Below, piece by piece: positions 57,497 to 64,000 of a stretch of 64,000 bases of DNA; position 1 is the first letter of the stretch, and each line of letters opens with the position of its first letter. The stretch spans positions 290,898 to 354,897 of the forward strand of contig VAXW01000004.1 in the NCBI GenBank assembly GCA_005884115.1, given 5' to 3'. The position numbers and the translations under genes are program-made. A model generated the notes under the pieces. It was not told where the DNA came from and ran no database searches. It worked only from the letters and a program-made list of their open reading frames with translations. The DNA is from Actinomycetota bacterium. GTDB lineage: Bacteria > Actinomycetota > Thermoleophilia > Solirubrobacterales > Solirubrobacteraceae.

Positions 57497-58557
57497 TCAG
57501 ATGCAGATCATCCTCATCGCGCGAGCGTCGGCGATCTCGTAGTCAAGATTTGCGCTAGCGACCACGAGCAGTAGCTGCGACTGGTCCTCGACCAGCGCAG
57601 CCAACCTCTCATCACTCATGTCCGGGTCTACGTCGACGAGCTGGCGCTCTACCTCCGTCGGGTTGCGCTCAACGAGAGCTATTTCGAGATCCTCCCCGGA
57701 CGGGTCGAACTCTGCAGGTACCGCCAAAGCCCGCACGGCATCGATGACGAAGATGCTGGACCCTTTGAATGCCGGCAGCGAGATCACGACGACTCCTTCA
57801 ACGGCTGCCCGCACGAAGCGCAGTAGATACTCGGGCACCCCTGCGCTCCGAAGCCCCTCGCGCTTCCCCACAAGCTCCGTTGTGTCTACCGCGAGGCGGC
57901 TCCATATAGCGTGTGTCGTCGGCGTGAGCAAGAACGACGGGTGATAGCCGACCTCGCAGAACCCCCGAATCGCGGTGATGACGCGCTCGGCCAGTGCTCG
58001 CCGGTCCATCGTTTGCTGCACCTCGCTCGGCTGGAGGGACTCCCCAAGCAGGCCAAGGACGCGAGCCGTCTCCGAGAAGGCTGCCTGCCTGCCGACCTGC
58101 TCGCCGTAGGACTCGACATGGATGTCTGAGCCCTCGCCCACGAACCCAGCCTTGGGCACGGTGGTTGTCAATAGCTCGACGGTGGGCGCAGCTGCGGCTG
58201 TATGCGGCGCACCGAGGGCGTGCAGCAGGGGTCCAAGCGTCCGGTGTGTCGCCCATGCGCGAGCCGCCGTGACAATAAAGAGCTCGCGCTGCACCGGCAA
58301 ATCTCCGCTCTCCGTATACGGATCGCGCGGGCCTGCCGCAGGTCGTCGATGACAGACTCGAGCGCGACCGCCAGCCGCGTGCGCTGGTCTCCGATTAGCG
58401 GATCTCGCTCGACACGCGCTTGGTCTTTGCGGCCTTGCCAGAAGGATGGATCGCCTGCGAGTGGCCATGCGGTCGCGATTCCCTCCCGCAGCATCACGTT
58501 GTGTTCTTCGATCCACGGTTCAGCCGGCAGGCCGAGGTCCTCGGCGATCGGCTCCAA
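57497..58557 (-). pseudogene. Frameshifted hypothetical gene
   Basis: Protein-like sequence switches from ORF 58168-58557 to ORF 57497-58516 near 58320. Confidence 0.5.
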
Positions 58558-58950
58558 GGGGAGAAGCCACGTGTTCTATTACAAGCGCAACTCGCGCTAT
58601 GTGCAGCCCCTCGAAGGTGGAGAGTCGTCGAGCGCGCTAGTCCGGGGCTAACGCCAAAGGGCGAGCGGGGAGTAGCCGATGGTGTGACGAACAGGCCACC
58701 CTCGTACGCTACGTTGCTTACTGCCTAGGGGGTGGCTTCGTATTCGCTTTTCGCGGTCAGTTCATTGCCCACCGAGAAGCCATCGCTGTTCGACCGCCAC
58801 CCATCACCTGCAGCGCCTTTTGAGCCACGCCCACCGTCCTTTGCGCCGGATGCGCGGCCGGAGACCGATCGGGACTTGCCTTGGGCCGCCGGCCTCGACA
58901 GCCTAGGGCGCCGCCAGTGCCCACATCGTCCCAGACACTCCCAGCCGAGG

Positions 58951-59289
58951 TTAGGCGAACAGGCCGCTGCGTTCGGCGTAGTCCCGCGGATCCGCGTCGG
59001 ACTGCCCGAAGGCCTCCTCAGCCCTGGCGAGCGTCCTCTTGTCGATCTTGCCGACTGGCAGGGCTTGAATCGTGGCCGGCTCGGGCCCCGCAGCCTGCGT
59101 CGGCTCGACGACCTCTTCCAGTCGGGAAACGACTGACAGCGCCCGCTTGGCGGCCTCGTTGAGCTCCTCCGCAGCCTGCGTCGGCTCGACGACCTCTTCC
59201 AGTCGGGAAACGACTGACAGCGCCCGCTTGGCGGCCTCGTTGAGCTCCTCCGCAGCCTCTTTAATCTCTGGGATCTGTCCGCTCTCCAT
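58951..59289 (-). CDS. Hypothetical protein containing an exact 27-aa duplication
   Basis: AAEELNEAAKRALSVVSRLEEVVEPTQ twice. Confidence 0.45.
   Translation of the reverse strand: MESGQIPEIKEAAEELNEAAKRALSVVSRLEEVVEPTQAAEELNEAAKRALSVVSRLEEVVEPTQAAGPEPATIQALPVGKIDKRTLARAEEAFGQSDADPRDYAERSGLFA
59088..59258. repeat. Perfect 81-bp tandem duplication
   Basis: GCAGCC recurs at 59090, 59171 and 59252 with identical intervening sequence. Confidence 0.95.
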
Positions 59290-59334
59290 ACGATCCAGCT
59301 TATCGCAGGGTCCGATGGATTCTTGGCTGGCCGA

Positions 59335-60141
59335 TCACTGGCAATCTTCCGGGCAGCGTGCAAGCTCGCCAGTCAGGCTCTCGCCCGCCACGGAACTCGA
59401 TCCGGTCCACGTGATCGTGTAGCTAGCAGAGCGAAGCGGAAAGGCGGCGCCAGCCGGGACTTGTATCGCAAAACGGCCACCGTGGATGGCGGGATCGCGC
59501 GAGACCACCTCGCCACCACGCCCAAGCAGCGTGACGGCAATCTGCACCCGCCCCCTCGCACCCGCGGCGATTTCTCCGCTAAAGCCCATGCCTCCGCGAT
59601 TCAGGTAGCCGCTCGTCACGTGAAGCGAGGCAGCAGTCGGCGGCTTCGGCGGCGAAGCTGCACCGGGCCGCGCAAGCACAGCGACAGTGAGCCCGGCGAG
59701 CTCGAGAAAAATCCCGAGCACGAAGAGGGCGAACCACCTCACCACTGTCCCTCGAATTTTCCCGCGGCTGTCCATCCACACGTCTTCGACGGAAACAGCC
59801 GCGTCGAGATGAAACGTGTCCGGCCTCTCCCAACTCGGACCTTGGTCGGCTACTTGGAAGAGAGTTCTCGGCTGTGCGCCGGGAAGAGTGATACCCACCG
59901 ACGCTTTGATCCCCCACCACAAGAGGGCGACAAACCCGACGGAGGCAATAACGAGACCAGTGACTTGCAGCCACTCCTGGTGCTGAAGTCCGTCGGTAGC
60001 AGGCTTGAACAACACTGCACCGGCTGCCGTCGCGGCGGCGGCAAGTGGACTCACCGCGCTCGCGAGTCGTCCGACCGCAGCCTGCTGCGCCGCGAGCTTC
60101 GCGATAGCCGCTTCGTAGATGCGTTCAGCCGGGGTGGGCAT
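59335..60141 (-). CDS. Multi-pass membrane protein with C-terminal beta domain
   Basis: About three hydrophobic helices followed by a beta-rich domain. Confidence 0.6.
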   Translation of the reverse strand: MPTPAERIYEAAIAKLAAQQAAVGRLASAVSPLAAAATAAGAVLFKPATDGLQHQEWLQVTGLVIASVGFVALLWWGIKASVGITLPGAQPRTLFQVADQGPSWERPDTFHLDAAVSVEDVWMDSRGKIRGTVVRWFALFVLGIFLELAGLTVAVLARPGAASPPKPPTAASLHVTSGYLNRGGMGFSGEIAAGARGRVQIAVTLLGRGGEVVSRDPAIHGGRFAIQVPAGAAFPLRSASYTITWTGSSSVAGESLTGELARCPEDCQ

Positions 60142-60871
60142 TACCGCACGCGGCCGTGTGGCGGCGATCCACGGCCGGAACCAGATTTCTCAGGGGCTGA
60201 CGAGGCTTGATTCCCTTTGTCAGCAAACAGCAAACTTGTAGCAGCGGACGCGGATGACGAAAAGCCACCTGTTCCGATCCGCGGCGCGCCCTTGGCACGA
60301 ATGCGAGCACGCGTAGAGCTCGCTTACTCTCCCGCAGACGGAAGCAGCACTTCGCCCGGCCGTATCCCAAGAGTTGCGCTTCCGTGTGAAGGCAGTCGTC
60401 TCTGCTCGGCCCCACGTGGCTCCTGCTGCGGACGAACAGCGACATTCCGAACCAGCGGCGACCCAGCACCTGCTTTCCAGCCCAATGCAGCGGCCAACGG
60501 ATGGGCTAGAACCCTTGCGTCGGGCTCCACCACGCAACCCTCGATTTTTGCCCACTGGAGGCGTTTGGTGGGTCAAATCCGCTACAAACCCCGCATACTC
60601 CGACACTATCGCGGTGGGCGAGGCCTTGATTATTGTGTCTTTCTAGAGCCGTTTCTTGCGCTTTCCCGGGCCTTTCCGGTCTCGCTTCACACACGCGAGA
60701 CGTCGCCTGTCCGATGCTACCTGAGCCACGACCTCGGCTCGAAGCCGCGGACTCCGAGCCGCGACCTCACGCCTCGGACATCTCCAGCGGACGCTGTCTG
60801 AGCTGATACTCGCCTCAACCTCGCCGTCGAGCTCGAGCTTCGACATCCGACGCCGCTGCCAAATTGACGCA

Positions 60872-61108
60872 ATGCCAACCGCAGAGCAGTTCCTCACCGA
60901 TTCGAGCTTGTCCGAGGCTCCTTACGGGCCCGCGAAGATCGCGCGCTATCAAGGTAAGGGTCGCTGGCAGATCTTCTACGTCCTGTCCGACGGTCGCCAT
61001 CGTCGCGAGCGGCCCGCGATGACCGGGGATGTGCTGGCCAAGCAGGGCGCAAGCGATTTCGGCAGGCAGCGGGTGAACCGGATCATTTCGGAATATCCGG
61101 GAGGCTGA
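60872..61108 (+). CDS. Small hypothetical protein
   Basis: 78-aa ORF with balanced composition. Confidence 0.45.
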   Translation: MPTAEQFLTDSSLSEAPYGPAKIARYQGKGRWQIFYVLSDGRHRRERPAMTGDVLAKQGASDFGRQRVNRIISEYPGG

Positions 61109-61413
61109 TATGCGGTCGGACGATCTAGCCTTTTGAGACATGCAGCTCGTGCTGCGTTCGCGGCTCTGCCACGATCCGGTGCTCGCCTTCGTCCGGCGCG
61201 CCGGCAGGGCCCGACCTCCGGCCGCGGCTTTTTGGGAGCCAGTCCCACCTCGTGCGTCGCAGGGAAACCCGCTGAACCCTAGGTAAGCGCCCTAGAGCAT
61301 CGGCACCGGCCTGAAGGGTGCCAAAGCCCCGTCCATCACGTTCCGGGTTTGTTTGCCGACGCGGTCGGCCAGCAAGCGGTCCCATCCAGAGCGTTGCCTA
61401 TCGTGCCGTGCCC

Positions 61414-64000
61414 GTGTCTGCTTCCAGCTTCCACGCCTCGCTCGCCGACGGTGAGGCTGTGCTGCGCTTCCCCTATGACGATCGACTGCGTCAACTGTTG
61501 CGCGCGCTACCCGGCCGCCGTTGGGACCCCGTCCAGCGGGCATGGTGCATCCCGCTCGATCCCGAGCGCGCGGAGGCGCTCGCACGCCTGTTCGCGAGCT
61601 TGTCGCCTGCGCCGGATGTGACCGAGGCGCTCACCCGCGCGATCGAGCGCCGCCGCGCCAGACGCCGCCCCGACGAGTGCGTGCTCGACCTCGCCCGGCC
61701 GGACGAGAACTGGTGGCTGAGCTTCGCCACCGACACCGCGCCCGAGCTCGCGCAAGCGCTGCTCGAGCACCCAGACGCCTACCGCCTGCCCGCAATCGGC
61801 CGCGCGCTGATCCCGCTTGACGGCCACGCCGCGCGGCTGGTCGACGAGCTGGCCACCGCCAGTTCCCGCCTGCGCCTGACCGACGACGCGGAGCACGCGC
61901 TCACGGAGATCAGACAAGGTGGGTCAACCGCGCCGGGGCGGGACTCGCTGGCCCACGATGTCGAGCTGCGCCGCGACCGCCGTGGGGAGCACTGGATCAT
62001 GATCGCCGCCGCGCACGCGCCGCTCGCCCGTGTGCTCGCCGGCCGGGCCGGCCTGCGCGCGCTCGATGGTCCCGCCGAAGCGTTCGCGCTGGCCGCCGTC
62101 GAGCACGATGCCGAGTCGATCACCGAGCTGATCGCCGAGCTCGAGGCGAAGCGGATCGATCCGCGGGTGCAGCGCTGGCTGGCGCGTGCCACCACCTGGG
62201 TAGGCACGGTAGAGGTCGGCGGCCCGCACGAGCAGCCCGTGTTCCTGCTGCTCGGTGAGACCGCGCGCCTGCCGCGCGAGCTGCGCGAGCAGGCGGTGGG
62301 TACCACCGGCGGCGCGACCGTTCCGCTGACCCTCGGCTCGTGGCGGCTGATGGACGGCCGGCTGCGCGGCTGGATCAGCCATGGGGCGAAGCGATGCATC
62401 GCGGCGCTGCGGGAGGGCCGGCCCGCGCCGCCCGCCGTGCTAGAGCGCTCCGCGCTCCACGATGACCCGACGTTCGTGCTCGCGCCCGGCCACGACCCCA
62501 CGCAGCTCGACGCGTTCGCGGCACTCGCGGGCGCCTCGCGCGGTAGACCCCACCGCGCGGAGCGCATCCCCGGAGGCGGAGGCGAGCAGGCGGGGCTCCC
62601 CTCGATCCGTGCCGATCCGTTCTGCATTCCGGAGCTCGACGGCTTCCTTGCCGCGCACGAAACCTGGGTCGCGCCCGAGGCGCTCACGCTGCTGCAGGAG
62701 GTCCGCGAGGAGCACGCCCGCGCCGCCGGCCTCGTAGCGCTCTCGGCGGGGACAGACGCGCCGCTGGACGTGCCCGGGCTCGGCGGCGAGCTGAAGCCCT
62801 TCCAGCGCGCGGGCGTGAGCTACGTGTTGGCACAGCGGCGCGCGTTCCTCGCCGATGAGCAGGGTCTCGGCAAGACGATCGAGGCGCTGGCGAGCCTGGA
62901 GGCCGACGCCGCCTACCCAGCGATCGTCGTGTGTCCGGCAAGCCTCAAGCTGAACTGGCTGCGCGAGCTCGAGCGCTGGCTGCCCGGCCGCAGTGCCCAG
63001 GCAATCGCCGGCACACGCTCGGACGCTCCGATCGCACCGGCCGACGTGACCGTCGTCAACTACGACATCGTCGCCGCGCGCCTGCCCGCGCTGCAAGCCC
63101 TATCGCCCCGCGCGCTCGTGCTCGACGAGTCCCACTACTGCAAGAACGCGTCCGCGAAGCGCACCCAGACGGTCCAGCGGCTGTCCGCGGCGGTGCCGCG
63201 CGAGGGCCTCGTGCTCGCGCTCACGGGCACGCCCGTGATGAACCGGCCGCCCGAGCTGATCTCCCAGCTGCAGATCGTCGGGCGACTGGGCGACTTCGGC
63301 TCGGGCGCACAGTTCGGCAAGCGCTTCCGCGGGCCCGACGCCCACCTGCGCCTGCACTGGCATCTGCGCGCGCGCTGCTTCGCCCGTCGCCTCAAGGCCG
63401 ATGTCCTACCGCAGCTGCCGGCGAAGACGCGCGGCATCGTCCCGGTCGAGCTCGACAACGAGCCCGAGTACCGCCTCGCTGAGCGCGATCTCGTCGCGTG
63501 GCTGCAAAGCCAGCCGTTCGAGCTGCGCGAGCTCGACGCGCAGGTCGCGGCGGCGTTGCGCGCCGAGCGCCTCGTGCGACTGAACGCGCTCAAGCTGCTC
63601 GCCGCGCGCGGCAAGCTCCACGCTGCGCTCGCCTGGGTCCACGACTTCTGCTCCTCGGGCGAGCGGCTCGTCGTGTTCGCCCACCATCGCGAGATCCAGC
63701 GCGCCGTGCTCGAGCGCTTCCCGGCGGCGCTGCACATCCTCGGCGAAGACAGCCACACCGCGCGGGACGCGTCGCTGCGCGCGTTCCAGGCGCCCGACAG
63801 TGCCGAGAATCAGCTGATCGTCTGCTCAATCGAGGTCGCGGGCCATGGCATCACGCTGACCCGAGCCTCGAACGTCGTCTTCCTCGAGCTCGACTGGACG
63901 CCCGCCAGGCACGATCAGGCCGAGGACCGCTGTCACCGCCTCGGTCAACAGGACACGGTCAATGCCACCTACCTGCTCGCGGCTGGCACGGTCGACGAGA
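61414..64000 (+). CDS. SNF2-family helicase with N-terminal HARP-like domain (runs off window; not in ORF track)
   Basis: Frame 1: LRFPYDDRL..LPGRRWDP..W; LKPFQ, LADEQGLGKT, LDESH, LTGTP, QAEDRCHRLGQ. Confidence 0.92.
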   Translation, partial: MSASSFHASLADGEAVLRFPYDDRLRQLLRALPGRRWDPVQRAWCIPLDPERAEALARLFASLSPAPDVTEALTRAIERRRARRRPDECVLDLARPDENWWLSFATDTAPELAQALLEHPDAYRLPAIGRALIPLDGHAARLVDELATASSRLRLTDDAEHALTEIRQGGSTAPGRDSLAHDVELRRDRRGEHWIMIAAAHAPLARVLAGRAGLRALDGPAEAFALAAVEHDAESITELIAELEAKRIDPRVQRWLARATTWVGTVEVGGPHEQPVFLLLGETARLPRELREQAVGTTGGATVPLTLGSWRLMDGRLRGWISHGAKRCIAALREGRPAPPAVLERSALHDDPTFVLAPGHDPTQLDAFAALAGASRGRPHRAERIPGGGGEQAGLPSIRADPFCIPELDGFLAAHETWVAPEALTLLQEVREEHARAAGLVALSAGTDAPLDVPGLGGELKPFQRAGVSYVLAQRRAFLADEQGLGKTIEALASLEADAAYPAIVVCPASLKLNWLRELERWLPGRSAQAIAGTRSDAPIAPADVTVVNYDIVAARLPALQALSPRALVLDESHYCKNASAKRTQTVQRLSAAVPREGLVLALTGTPVMNRPPELISQLQIVGRLGDFGSGAQFGKRFRGPDAHLRLHWHLRARCFARRLKADVLPQLPAKTRGIVPVELDNEPEYRLAERDLVAWLQSQPFELRELDAQVAAALRAERLVRLNALKLLAARGKLHAALAWVHDFCSSGERLVVFAHHREIQRAVLERFPAALHILGEDSHTARDASLRAFQAPDSAENQLIVCSIEVAGHGITLTRASNVVFLELDWTPARHDQAEDRCHRLGQQDTVNATYLLAAGTVDE

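Overview
High-GC actinobacterial DNA; the Ig-like 'PPTISGSPVQGQTL' module and gene content suggest Thermoleophilia/Solirubrobacterales, which is inference. Bases 1-9.8 kb carry ordinary genes: SigG-like ECF sigma factor, DUF72, cupins, MFS/MmyB, PadR-MMPL and carbonic anhydrase. Bases 9.8-18.5 kb are an eroded accessory zone that includes a vanR/vanS-like pair whose kinase has a visibly swapped sensor N-terminus. The most striking structure is at 18.5-35.8 kb. Six co-oriented 3' halves of tRNA-Ala (five TGC, one CGC), all starting at or just before the anticodon loop, divide the DNA into five 2-6 kb cargo blocks with no integrase of their own. The halves are flanked by arm-like direct repeats or a conserved GGCAC-N13-GTGCC-type palindrome. 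Cargo: SDR/DHFR; a c-di-AMP riboswitch with a secreted glycoside hydrolase; a GH20; a TetR catabolic operon; an orphan histidine kinase. No intact tRNA-Ala was seen in the window. Bases 36-52.5 kb are a decayed conjugative/integrative element: coupling-ATPase and relaxase-like pseudogenes, a duplicated oriT candidate, and a tyrosine integrase with xis. It also has a leading-region-like ssb-ardC-parB-unknown-unknown series in which each gene is preceded by a large hairpin on the template strand, most with GNA triloops. Bases 53-61 kb hold defence-like cargo, including a TIR protein with a structured leader coupled to a DUF2971-like gene. A HARP-like SNF2 helicase runs off the right end. All family assignments come from motif recognition by eye, not database searches.
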